Source of the DNA: Amoebophrya sp. A120
Taxonomy: Eukaryota > Protista > Dinoflagellata
Direction: 5' to 3'
Assembly (NCBI GenBank): GCA_905178155.1
Contig: CAJINV010000004.1
Location: 2,673,513 to 2,737,512, forward strand
Length of the DNA: 64,000 nt
In this document: positions 25,801 to 37,700 of the stretch, piece after piece
Position numbering within the stretch: position 1 is the first letter of the stretch
Layout: each line of letters begins with the position of its first letter
Translations under genes and position numbers: made by a program
The notes under the pieces: model-generated
What the model saw: the letters and a program-made list of their open reading frames with translations, nothing else
Databases searched by the model: none
Told to the model about the DNA's origin: nothing

Positions 25801-27658
25801 CCTCCGCGGCAATGTACGAGGTCGCGACCGAGGAGCCGGGCTGCATGATGTGGTAATTTCCCGCTTTCGACTCCGCGGGGTCACACTTCGATTCGTGCTC
25901 GTGGCCCCAGATCACCAGGTTCAGCCAATCGGGCAGAAACTCCTCCTTCACACACTGCTTGTTCGGCATACCACCTGGATAGTCAGTTATTGCTTTACGT
26001 GTGGAAGAGCTTTTAGTTACCTCCGCATTTTCATATTTTCATTTCTGTGCACAGGATAAGAAGAACAGCTCTACTCAAGAAACTGTAAAAACTGGCGACG
26101 CGAAGAACGCCTCGAGGAAAACCGTACGTAATGTAGAATCGCTATTGCTGCTCACACGACACTGACGCACTTCATATATTTATCACTAAGTAAATGGTGT
26201 ACCAAAATTTCCGCGAAAGCGGTTTTGGTGTATAAGCATGATGTTGAAGTAGTCGTCGGGATTTGGCGTGGGTCGACTCCACGACACGTGTCCCTTTTCG
26301 AAGGTGCGGTTGAGTCGCTCGTCCCGCACGTTGCCAAGGCCGTAGAGGGCGAGCTTGGTGCCTTTTTTCTCGATGCAAATTGGGCCGAGCTTGATGTCGT
26401 CCACGTCCGGCTGATTGCCGAAGTAGTTGACTAGACGGTTCACGGAGAGCAGGTGGTTGGCGGACAGGTTGTGGATCCCGCCGGGATCGTCGTGGTTGCC
26501 GTGGATCATGAAATATCGAATGCAAAAGCATCGTACTAGTAGAAATCGCATTACAAATTTCCTCAGCATTACAAATTGAATTTGTAATGCTGATTTGCCT
26601 TGAGCAAAAAAATTGTAATGCATACACGCAATAATTACTACGAGTACGATACTTTTGCACAGGATATGAAAATCGGGATCGCAATGTTGTAGTTCGGGTC
26701 GTAGAAGTTCACCTCCTCGCGGGCCAAAAACGCGTGCTCGTCCACGTGGGACACTTGGATGTGGATATTCCCTGAAAATTGACCATCCCCAACATCTTCC
26801 AATTTGTCATGCAACATATGCAAAAGCTGTTGCGTTTGGCATGCGAAAAGTGAATGGGAACGGTTACTTTTCAGGAAATAATGGACCGGCGTGTCACCCA
26901 TGCAGTAGTCGGATAGGAGTTTGAAGGTGTCGTTCATGCACTTTCGACTCGGCTCATGCAAGACAAATTTTCTGTACATGTACAAAATGCATCACAAATT
27001 TCATGAACTTGGAGCATGCTCCTTGTCATGCTGAATCGAATGAAAAAGAAGCTTTGTCATGCAGAAACCGCATTTGTATATGTACAGGAAATTTACTGTG
27101 GATACGGCTTATTTTCGTCGAAGAGGTCCCCCGAGTGGAGGATGAAGTCGACCTCGTATGAAATGCAAGAAAAGCATCGTACTAGTATAAAAATAAATTG
27201 CAATACAAATTGGCTCAGCATTACAAATTGAATTTGTAATGCGGATTTGCCTTAGGAACTGGATTTGTAATGCATAAAAGCAATTAGTACGAGTACGATA
27301 CTTTTGCAGAGGATACCTTATTCTCCTTTGCGATGAGCAGAATCTCTTCAAACGTTTCCATGGCGTCATTGCCCAGCACGTCGTCGTGGTCCTTGTGACC
27401 CAGGTGCGTGTTATGCATTGCAAAAGCATCGTACTAGTATAATTCGCATGACAAATTTCTTCAGCATGAAAACTGAAATTTGTAAATGCTGATTTGCCTT
27501 AAGAGAGAGATTTGTAATGCCTGATTGCAATTACTACGAGTACGATACTTTTGCACAGGATACGTGTCCGTGAAAACCAAAATTCGCATCGTGCTGTCGT
27601 CCCGGGCCCGGTGCTGCGACGGGGCGGATGCAGACGAAGATCCTGGGACGCCGGACAT
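22859..27658 (-). CDS. MRE11: Double-strand break repair nuclease MRE11, 12 exons
   Basis: Spliced motifs RILVFTDT|HLG, VDFILHSGDLFDENKP|SR, PIF|MIHGNHDDP, LYGLGNVRDERL, HQNR, VIWGHEH, QPGSSVATS, LPLIRLKVDY, FGQQFVGRVANP; 10 introners plus canonical intron 25975-26202; Q/N-rich tail. Confidence 0.95.
23666..23873. mobile_element. Introner, family A (aged)
   Basis: TATCCAGTGC...GCAATGCATA; flanks CGGGG/CCGCG. Confidence 0.75.
24492..24642. mobile_element. Introner, family E
   Basis: TIR TATGCAAT..A.ATTT.CCGTACA.G.ACAA; TSD ACGCG. Confidence 0.9.
24870..25091. mobile_element. Introner, family B
   Basis: TIR TATGA(C/G)AGTGCACAACTCCCC; degenerate TSD CGAGG/CAAGA; frame DSFL|DPND. Confidence 0.85.
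25316..25594. mobile_element. Introner, family F
   Basis: TIR with AAAAACGT.CCCACACCAGAGT; TSD TCTTG. Confidence 0.92.
25645..25794. mobile_element. Introner, family A
   Basis: TATG(C/A)ATTGCAAA ends; TSD GCATG/GCACG. Confidence 0.88.
26514..26666. mobile_element. Introner, family A
   Basis: TGCAAAAG(C/T)ATCGTACT.GTAG TIR; TSD TGAAA. Confidence 0.92.
26766..26880. mobile_element. Introner, short, H-related
   Basis: TATT(C/T)CCTGAAAA TIR; TSD GTGGA/ATGGA; frame PVH|IQVS. Confidence 0.85.
26955..27104. mobile_element. Introner, family E
   Basis: AAATTT.CTGTACAT.TACAAA TIR (left end CAT); TSD CGGCT. Confidence 0.88.
27157..27315. mobile_element. Introner, family A, with GT-AG ends
   Basis: TSD CCTCG/CCTTA; sense AAG|GTATCC...CATACGAG|GTC. 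Confidence 0.88.
27412..27562. mobile_element. Introner, family A
   Basis: TSD CGTGT; splits MRE11 motif I (DT|HLG). Confidence 0.92.
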
Positions 27659-28864
27659 AGTGTCGATCTATTCAAGTTATTTCAACAAGTACTGGAGGGG
27701 ATAAAACAAGATGCGGAGTGTCTGTATCATTGGCGGATAAGAAAAACGACTCTGTTGCCAGCTTTACTATTATGCCACTGAAGGCACACACACCTTAAAT
27801 CGTTACACGGTCCTGTGTCGTGAAAGTTAAGCATTTTTTTGCAGCAGCGACGGTCATCCATCGTCGTCAAAAAATGATGAAGTCTAACATTCAATAATTA
27901 AAGGGGGTCCTGATGTTGAATCATGAAAAAGCACAGCGGCCGGTGCGTCTAATTTGACGGGCATCGACGTCGACAGTGTCTAACTGCTCGACGTCGACAA
28001 TGTTGTCTAGAGGGTTTACTACTTGTCCGTTTTGTTGCACTAAATTCTTTTGCTCTTTTGACTTTGTAAGTACCTATTTGCCTTTGCTGTTTGAACAAAA
28101 ACGTAGTGAGCTGCCTTTTCACAGCATCTAAGTGTTGCGGCTGTTTTCCCAATTCAAAAAAATCCGAAATATCAACCTCATCCTCTTCAATTGTCGCCAA
28201 ATATGCCAAGTACTCTTTTTCTGTAAATTTATACACCATGGCTGCGGCGAGGGAGAACTAAAACGAAAGGCTTTAAGTGTATACGTGCATACTTTTAGCA
28301 GGGTCAGTTTTTTATTTATATAGCCGGGAAAGATGGCAAAAGGGTTTTTTTGCGTAAGCAGGGTTGTTGCATGAAGTGGGGGGCGCTGCGGGTGTTAGAA
28401 GGAGCAAGCAGGCTGGGCTGGATGTAGGAGGGCAGAGCTGTCGTCTGGCCTTTCGCGTGTGCAGCAATAAGAAAAGTAAGCGAAGCCTCTCGCGTCATGA
28501 CAGAAAAAAAAAAGCCTGCCCGAAAACGAAATCAGCTTTGGGCTTGAAAAAAAGACAACAGGTCTGCTCGTAATATTAAAGAAAGCCACGGCCTTTGCCT
28601 TTCGTTCTTTGTTTTGAGTTTTGCACTCTATATCGTGTTCGATTGTCAATTTAGGTTGCTTGTGATATGTTTCGCTTGATGACTGACCCCGCTACGTTTC
28701 GAGGACGCAACCAGCCAAAGTCACCACAAAGCGAAAAAACTTTTCGTGTTTTTTTCTCTTTAGTACACACACGCCAACAGATCGGCGCTTTGCTCAGCAA
28801 CAAGCTTTTTTTACACACTGAAGCAGGAATGTTCTCGTTGCAAAAATGAGCAAGCTTAGTCGCT

Positions 28865-29140
28865 TTTTTGACCTTCTGAAGAATTTTTTGTCAAAAAATC
28901 GAAAAAATTCTTCAGAAGGTGAAAAAAAACCTTCAGAAGACTGAAGCTTCTGAAGGTTGCAAAAAATGAGCAAGAATTTCGTTTGCGGGGGCTAATTCTG
29001 CGATTTTTACAATGAAAAACGAGCGGCCAATTTTTTTGGTCTTCTGAAGGTTGAAAGTCGAGTTTTTATTTTCAGAAGCTCTTCAGAAGGTCAAAGCTTC
29101 AGAAGCTTTGGGAGGAGCAAGGACATATCTTGCCCCTATA
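28865..29140. repeat. Array of CTTC(A/T)GAAG palindromes ending TTGCCCCTATA
   Basis: About ten copies separated by A/T tracts; hairpin at ~28864-28929. Confidence 0.85.
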
Positions 29141-29230
29141 GTATATAGATTTATATTTGCCTTTGCTGTTTGAACAAAAACGTAGTGAGCTGCCTTTTCG
29201 CAACACCGCTTTATTGGTTAGTGAGAAAGC

Positions 29231-29532
29231 TATCGACTGCAGTTAAATATTTAGTGCTTGGTTAGTGAGAATGGATAAAGCATAGTGGTCGGCGGTAGCG
29301 TCTAGGTGCTGAAATCCGCGCAGTCGCTCGCATTTTCGATTTCGGCAGATTCCCCACGTTGACGGATATTTGCTCTCTGTTCACATACATCGTAGTGCGG
29401 AAACTGTATTTCGGATTTGCAGGAAAAAAAAAACCGAGTAGTTGAGTGTCTTTGTCGTGTCTCGAATGTCGGCGCCGGACCCGGATGGAAAAAATCTCAC
29501 TAACCAAGCATCTAATGTTTAACCTCGTCGTA
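29231..29532. mobile_element. Degenerate MITE-like element
   Basis: GTTAAATATTTAGTGCTTGGTTAGTGAGA (~29241-29270) is inverted to TCTCACTAACCAAGCATCTAATGTTTAAC (~29495-29523). Confidence 0.6.
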
Positions 29533-29724
29533 GTGTCATTTTAATAATAGGAAAAAAAGAACCGAAAAAAAAGCAGGGCACTCTCAACAATTGAGGAAAC
29601 AGCTTTTTATTGCGCGTCTGTAGTAGGGCTGGCGCGCGAAGTTCAAAAAATAAGTGGCTTACGCGCGGCGCCTTCATCGTTTCGCGCTTTTTCGAACATG
29701 TTTGTCGTTTTTTGTCATCAGCTC

Positions 29725-30257
29725 CAAACTCTACAGAAGGTTTTCACTCTTCAGAAGAATCTACAGAAGACATTCTTCAGAAGACCAAACCTTCTGAAGA
29801 AGTTCAAAAACGGAGCACAGAAAATTGCAGAACTGGAGACAGATTTGAAAAACCTTCTGAAGGTTTTCAACCTTCTGAAGGTTGGGCAAGATTGGCATAT
29901 TTGACAGCGTTTTTTTGTCGCAAAAATCTCAAACTCTTCTGAAGGTCAAAAAAATGCCGTCTTCTGAAGCTTTTTAACCTTCTGAAGAGTTGGAAAACGG
30001 TCATTTTTAGCCTTCAGAAGGTTTTTTGGCTGATTTTTCGTTTTTTTCTTCTGAAGGTCAAAAAAAACCTACAGAAGGTGTGACCTTCAGAAGAAAAAAA
30101 TGCTCACGGTTAAACCGAGCTAATACTCGTTCAAAAAAAAGTCGCATTTTTCAAGTTCTTCTGAAGGTTTGATGGACCGTTTCAGAGCTTCAGAAGGTCT
30201 TCAGAAGAAAAAGCTTCTGAAGAATCAGCATCAATTGCTTGGAGCTTTGTCCCTATA
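29725..30257. repeat. Second array of CTTC(A/T)GAAG palindromes ending TTGTCCCTATA
   Basis: About twenty copies; followed by the same GATTTA+repeat A junction as the first array. Confidence 0.85.
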
Positions 30258-32077
30258 GTTATTAGATTTATATTTGCCTTTGCTGTTTGAACAAAAACGT
30301 AGTGAGCTGCCTTTTCGCAACACCGCTTTATTGGTTCCTTACCCGTTTCAGATGCTGAGCGATTATCGTAACAATGCCTATATTACAAATATAAAAATGT
30401 TTCGAACATCGCAACGCCCTGAAAAGCATGCAGCATCCGCTGCGAAGTGTTTTATTTTTGGAGAGGACCCTGAATTCAATCCGCGCAGGGTCAGCGCATC
30501 TCACGAAAGGCAATTTCTTGTCGAACCCAAAAAGGGAAGGGACTAGAGCTACACTTAGCTTCACGCTGCACATCGCATGATCGAGGTCAGAAGTAGATAA
30601 GTACCGCGAAAACACGCTACGATCGTCTGTAGGCAGAGCGGAAATCGCAAATAATAAACACAAAAACCGACGGCAGTACCACCACCGGCAAAAATGGGTC
30701 ATTCGGAATCGCTATCGCAGTACAAGAACCAATCAAAACATAACAAAATAGAGGGAATCGGGATCGATTCCCCCCAGCAGTCTGGCATACCCGCCATCGA
30801 CCAACCCGCCATAGAACAACTCAGCAGCCAGACTGCCCAAGGGGCTAGCTACCGCGTCGACCAGGTGGCATTCGTGGAACGACAGTGCAAGAACCATTCG
30901 GAGCAAGGGAGCCTGTGGAGGCCCTTGACAAAATTCCTAATAACCTGAAGCCCATAGCCAGAAAAGCTGCAGGTCGTATAGTTATCAGCCCCAAGAGAAC
31001 CCCTTCCAACGCGCCAAGAGGCGCGCGTACTGAAGTTTACCTTGCAACGCGAAGTGAGAGTACCAACTTTGCCAAGGCGAGAAGTCCTTTAGCAAACTTC
31101 TGCCCAAAAATGGGCAGACGAGTACACTCGCACAAGTTTAAGCAATAGCAAAAACAAAACTTCTTTAACGAACTTCTAACTTCCAGCGAGAGAAATAGAA
31201 GAAGATCATTAAAAAAGAAAAATACCCAAAGCCAAGAAAAGGCCAGACGGGTGCCCTCACAAGGTTCGAAGGGAGAAGCACGAGCAACCAAAAATTACTT
31301 TAACGAACTTCCTTCTCGCGCAAGCCAAGGCGAGGGAGTTCGATAAAGAAGAAAGCGCTGCAGTGTGAACCTTTCCAGCGCAAAAACTGCGCGTACTGAA
31401 GTCCGAAAGGGGAAAATGATAAGGCCCAAAAATCACCACTCGCCCCAAGGCAATCCCATCCTGAGATCCAAGACGGGGTGCGTGAAGGAACAATAGGTAA
31501 AAAGAAAAGGGGATATCAAATAGCGGAGGATGGCCAAGCAAAGGCCAAAGAGTCAGAGCCTCAGGAGGGTGGAGTCGGTGGCATATGCCATTCTCCTCAC
31601 AACAAGCCAAGCAATGCTCCCTAGATAGAGAGAGCAAAAACTAGTAGCCTATTGTTCCTTACCCGTTTCAGATGCTGAGCGATTATCGTAACAATGCCTA
31701 TATTTGCCTTTGCTGTTTGAACAACAACAAAAACGTAGTGAGCTGCCTTTTCAAAGGACCGCTTCTTGGTTCCTCGAACACGAAAGAAAAAGCAAATAGC
31801 TCACATCTTTCGACAAAAGATGATTTTTTGCGCATCCTCGCTTATCTTCGTTATCTTTTTTCTATGGAGGACATTCCAGCACGTCTTCAGCCGCTTAAGC
31901 CATTCAGCTGCTGAAGAGCTGCAATTGGCGGTCGTCATCGTCTCCAAAAAAATTGCGAAAACAAATTCTTTTCAGGTGAAAGGCGTGGAGTGGTTGAGTG
32001 CTGCCCCTGTGTACCAACTTTCGATTAAACACGCCGAAGTATTCCGGCCTCCAATCCTGTTTGTACCAAAGTCAACG

Positions 32078-33875
32078 TCAACCCCCACTCCCAGCGGGCG
32101 GCGGAAAGTTGAAGCTGTGAGTGAAGGGCCCCCCGGTGCAAAGCTCCAAACCCTGGCGGCCACCAAAGGTGCCCGTGACAATCGTTGGAAGGCGAAACGC
32201 CGGGTCGGAAGGCTTGGCGGTTTCAAGGACGCAGGGTCGCAGTGTACTATCGGTCGGGCCGTCGGTTCCTTTCTGTTGCAATTCAGTAGAAGGCTTCTCC
32301 GGATGTGCTAGCTGCTCCTGGGGGGCGGTGGTGCTTGATTTGGTGGAAATCTCTTCTGCTGGAAGCTGTTTGATATTCGCCGCTCCTTTATTTCCCGTAT
32401 CGCTTGCGACGTTGCCAACATTCTTTTGGCCTACTCTTTCGTCAACAATTTGTGAAGTAGACCCTCCGGAGGTCCTCTCCGTCTGGGTCTGCTGCGTAGA
32501 AGTAGGAGCCTGGCGGGTCGTCGCTACATTCTTCTGCTCGTACTTTTGCTTGTACTTGGCCCACATTTTCTCAAGCTTCTTCCGCCGTGACTTTGCCACG
32601 GGCTCACCCGTTGCCGCGGCTGTCACTGGAAAACCGGAGTCATCGAAGGTGGAGAACTCGTGTTCTTGGTTGGCAGCAGTAGATTCGTCCTGCTGCTGTA
32701 TGCATTGCAAATATGTCTGGGTCTGGGAGGACGCGAACTTGTCGTGCTAAGAAAGTCCTCTGGATCGGGCAACAATTTGTGTTGCATGACTACCAAAAGC
32801 TGTCCACTTTTGAACAAATTTCGAGGCAGATTGTCATGCAGGTTAGGCATCATAGAGACGTCAGAGAACCTGTCATGCTAGGTTCTGCATTCCAAACCTC
32901 ATGGGGCATGCCGCATGGAAAATATGAAATGCATGAGAAGTTTGTATTGTTCCAGACCCAGCAGACACATTTGCAGTTGATATGCTGCTGTTCCCAATTG
33001 CGGTACTCGCCACTTCTGAAAAATTCCTCGGGAGGTGGCAAATTTACTCTCTCGTCGTTGCTCTGGCTTTTTCCGCCAATCCCAATCATACGACCATCGG
33101 GCCGAAATTTGCCTGGCTTGTCCTTGTGTCGTCCCGCCGTTGTACTACAGCCACTACCAGATACAGCTGCTCCACAACACAGTTGCTCCACGACCACCGC
33201 TGCCAGCGCTTTCCGGAACAAGCGATACAAAACCTCCGCCTCTTCTTTGCCGCACTGCGAGTGGTACTTCAGCGTTTTGTCGCCCGGGTTCAGCTATCCT
33301 GTGCAGAAGTATCGTACTCGTACCGTAGTAATTGCAGTCATGCATTACACATCTTTTTCTTAAGGTAAATCCGCATTGCAAATTTTATTTCTCATGCTGA
33401 GAAAATAATTTGTAATGCATCTATACGAGTACGATACTTTTGCAGTTCATATCAGCTTCGCCGTCAGCGAGGCCTGCGGGATCAACACCAGGCACTGGTC
33501 TTGCCCCTGCTTGCACAAGTCGACGACCGATTTGGCGTCTGAGTGGTCCTTTTCCCACGCATTGGTACTGGACAAACTCGCGGTGAGCAGCGATTTGCAA
33601 ATCTTCTTCAAATGGGTAAATTCCTTTGAGGTTTCTTCGTCTGCTTCTTGTTTCTCATTCTCAGCTGTACTACTCTTCATGATGCTGAAGAACTTCGTGA
33701 AGGAGACATGGAGGATCAGTCCGCGGTTAAAGCTCGCCCACACATCTTTGTCCGCGTCGACGAGTAACCGCCCGGAAACCACACGCTGCGTCACCACTTT
33801 CAAACCAGTCGGAGGCTCTGCGGGTGGTGCGGCCGGGGATTTGTTCTGGAGAAGGTCGCTGGACGGATTTGTCAT
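32078..33875 (-). CDS. DTD2: ATD/DTD2-type aminoacyl-tRNA deacylase with internal insertion, 3 exons (33875-33452, 33289-32983, 32693-32078)
   Basis: KVVTQRV, GLILHVSF, LIPQASL (ATD PQATL type), LKYH, GTFGGRQGLEL.TGGPFTH (ATD TNGP[F/Y]TH type). Confidence 0.82.
32699..32982. mobile_element. Introner, family C
   Basis: TSD TGCTG. Confidence 0.9.
33295..33451. mobile_element. Introner, family A
   Basis: TSD TCAGC. Confidence 0.92.
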
Positions 33876-34708
33876 CGTTATTGGTTGCGGTTATTCATCT
33901 ACTTACTCCGCTGCAAAGGCGTTTGTCTTTTATTTTACTAGTATTTTCAACCAGATCACTTCATGTTCCCTTTCTGGCGAGTTGTGATGTTTACAGACAA
34001 CTGCTACTGCAACGACAACGGATAAGACGGCGCAAGAGAAGCGCCTACCTTATAGACCACGATCTTCCGACACGTTCCTGAGAAATTGCAATGACCAGGG
34101 AAGGTGGAGGTGGTAGTTCTCGAAGTTACAACGATGAAAAGAACTTACGCCCACCGGCAGCGACTTTATAGAAAGTGCAAAGCAAAAGCATAAATGCCGA
34201 CCTGGTGCAACTACAACTACTCGAATGATCCACACGAATGTGAGATCTTCCTTTTGCGCGGCAGACTCTATGAAAGAATTAATAAAGAGTTGTAGCCGCC
34301 CCGTTGGACTGTCAATTTTGACTTTCAGGATCTTCTGCAGAAGCCGATAGCATGAACTACTGGTGATCTTCGCTTCCTCTCGTTGTCGCTGATCGTCCAA
34401 CGCAATGCTATACAGAAAGGCGCCGATCCTTCCGCGAGCAGTCCGCGAGTTGCGATACAAACATTGAAGCGCTTTCGCGGCGCAGAACTACTTCGTTTCG
34501 GGACCACAGGAGTTGAATCACTTTTCGGGTTACGTCGCACATTCAACACGACAAAGAACAACACAGTACCTTTCGAACGAAGATGCACCTCGCGCCAGTA
34601 CATGTTTTTGACGACAAAATGTCAAACTTACCCGTACACACAGACACAACATACACCAGTTCATTTTTTATCGATAATACGCCTCGCATCGCGATTTTTC
34701 TTTCCGCA

Positions 34709-37700
34709 TCACAGTTCTCCACCCTCCTGCGGCCCCTCTTGTGCAGTTTCCTCTTCCTCACCCACCCGCCACCACCACACACCGTCCATACCGTAGTAGA
34801 TTTTCTGCTGCGCGTATGGAACAGAAAGAGACGAGGAGAATGCATGCTTACGCCAGAGAAATTAGATCGAGCTAGCGGCAATCCTCGGGTTACCTTGTGC
34901 GCAACGCTTTCTTATAGAAGAACCCGTGGACGAAAGCAGGAACATTCGTGTAGATGCAGCAACGCAACACAGATGATAGTCATAGTTGTGACAAAAATTG
35001 TCTTCCTCTCTCTTCTCTCATACCCACAGGCGCTGGTCTGACACTCCCCAGAGCAGTGGCGGATGCACGCAGGTGAAGTCGTGCCCCGCCAGGATGCCCA
35101 GCGGCTTTACCTTTTGCGCGTAGTGCAGGATGTCGTGGTTCACCTGCTTGTAGGTGTGCGGCCCATCGATGAAGATTAAATCGAAAGAAGCGTCCGGGAA
35201 GCGGTCAATGGTGGCCTGGGACGTTTCCGCCAGCAAGTCGTAGCGGTGCGGGGCGAAGTTTTGGGCGAAACGGGCGCGGTATGAATTGCAAAAGTATCGT
35301 AATCGTACTCGTATTGCAATCATGCATCACAATTTTTTTTCTTGAGGTATATCAGCATTACAAAATTTATTTCTCATGCTGAGGAAATTTGTAATGCATT
35401 TATTTTTCTACGAGTACGATGCTTTTGCAAAGGATACGCGGACCTCGGGAGCGATCGTCGGGTCCACGCCGGTGTAGTGCAGGTTGGGGAACCGGGAAAG
35501 CAGGTAGTTGCCGTTTTGCCCCACGGCGACACCGATCTCCAGCACGCGTAAAGGTCGGGTTATCCAAGATGAAACTATGAAGAGGGGTTACTAAGCGTAG
35601 TTCTTCTTTTTACTCGGGAGACAGCATCACAAATCTGGCTGGCATGACAGCACATAAACCTCCAGACATGCGCGGTAGATCTGACGGTAGGGTACTTGAA
35701 CGGGCCTTACCGAATGCATGCCCGGTGGTGCAGCATGACATATGCAACTGTCTTGCGAGCATGAGCAGTCTCACCCTATCACCGTATTTTTTCTGCTTCC
35801 ATATGGGTCCGACGGTCCACGAGTTTTTGTGGGTGGCCGCGCAAGAGAAACCGCACGTCGCGGTCGAGCAGTAGAGTGGGTAAGTCCGAGTGCCATTCCT
35901 CCAAGAGGAAGGCGTCTAGCATGTCCCAGTGGCGTCCGTAGGCGATGGGCTGAAACACGTAGACAGGGTATTACAGTGAAAAGTGCCCCCCCCCAACCCT
36001 GAAATCGCAAAAATTTGCGATGCGAAGTTTCCAAATGAAAACTTTTTGTCATGCATGAAAGGAGTATGAATCTTTCTGATGCAGAGTCTAGGCGTGTATC
36101 GCATCGCTTGTATGACAAGTGCCTCGCTTGCTGGGGTCTTTTGCAATACAAATTTTTGCTATTCACGATGGGAAACCTGTGATGCTGGTAGATACAAGAG
36201 GGCGAGCGCGAGTGTTTCATTTGGAAAGGTTTGCAATACAAATGCTCCCAACTACGTTCGGGGTTTGGGGGCATTTTTCATTGCAATACAGGGGGAAGAT
36301 TCCACGGAAAGTCGTGGTTTTGGGACTGGAAAACTTCGGTGAACACCAGCTTCAGATATCCACAGTAAATTTCCCGTACACGTACAAATGCAGTCTCTGC
36401 ATGACAAAACTAGCCTTCAGTCCTAGTCTAGCATGACAAGTTGTACACTGCAACTTAGCGAAATTTGTCATGCATTTTGTACATGTACGGGAAATCTACA
36501 TGGCATATCAGGCCCAGGCTGGTCCGCGCGTGCAGCATGAGGAGTCGCGCCGCCACGGTCAATTGCAAAGCCAGGGCGGTTTCGTAGCCGTTTTTCTTTC
36601 GCGCCTTATTGTTTTTCTTGCTGGCAGCTACCGCGGAGGAGGAACTAGATGTTGAAAGAACTACGTCTTTTACCACGCAGGCCTTTCCCAAGTCGTTCAG
36701 CGCGTTGGGGTCCCGGTAGCCCAGAACTTCTTTCTCCACGGTGGCTTTCCAGCGACCGTAGACCGCCAGCAACGAGTCACCGACCTCCTCGAAGTGCGGA
36801 TTTTCCGGATTGGAGGGTAAAAGAAACTTTTGGTACTGCTCGAGCAGTTTTGCGTTGTCCTCAATCGCGAACTCGGACGGGTCAATCATCTTTTCCTCGG
36901 CCGACAGCAGGGCGACCGAGATTTCCCGCATCTGCTCACACAGGTCGATGATCAAGTTGGCTTGGGAACGCACCTGCTCCTCAGGCAGGCCGCCATCGAC
37001 GACCTGTTGCAGGCCGTTGGCAAAGTGGGACAGACCAAAAACGTGCTGATCCAGGGACAGCGGGACGTGATCCTGCTCGTGGCCCCAGTGGCAAATGCGG
37101 TCATCTTGCAGGAGCTGCTCTAGCTGGTCCCCGTTCTCGTGCTTGATATTCCCACGTGTAGTTCTTTTATCGACATTATTTTCCTCATCATTATCCCCAG
37201 CAGCGGCACAGTAGTCCAAATACGGAATCAACACCCTCCCTTTGGTCTTGGGAAACAGGCTTTCTGGATTGTACCCCGGCTGGTGGAGCTTCCAAACACC
37301 GTCGTCGAAGTCTTGCTGGTATGCTTTGTAAAAGTATCGCACTCGTACTAATTGCAAATACGCATGACAAATCTTCCTCCTATTAGGGTAAAACAGCATT
37401 ACAAATCCGGAATTTGTAAAACCATTTTTCTTCTTAACAAAATTATTTGTAATGCAATTTATGCTAGTATGTTACTTTTGCAATGCGTAGTTGGGTGATG
37501 GGCAGCTGATCCACTTTGTCCTGATTTTTTTCCGCACAATCAAACGACTCGCAGACCTTCCGTAAAAAGCTGCCGGCCTCCTCCCCCAGAAGCGTCTCCA
37601 CGTAGTCGTGACACTGCTCGAAGTTTCCCAGGCACAGCGCGAAATTTTCCTTCTCGCGCTCGGCGTGCTGGACCGCGTGGACAGATGGAATTATAGGGTT

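Larger units (their letters stand above)
28075..31752. repeat. Dispersed 46-bp repeat A (28075, 29154, 30271, 31701) and 50-bp repeat B (30334, 31654)
   Basis: A=TATTTGCCTTTGCTGTTTGAACAAAAACGTAGTGAGCTGCCTTTTC (copy 4 has a 6-bp insertion); B=GTTCCTTACCCGTTTCAGATGCTGAGCGATTATCGTAACAATGCCTATA. Confidence 0.92.

Noticed and set aside
28865-30257. Heat-shock elements
   Set aside because: HSE needs TTCnnGAA spacing; these are TTCnGAA.
28075-31752. CRISPR array
   Set aside because: Spacers exceed 1 kb and are partly repetitive, there are no cas genes, and the context is eukaryotic.
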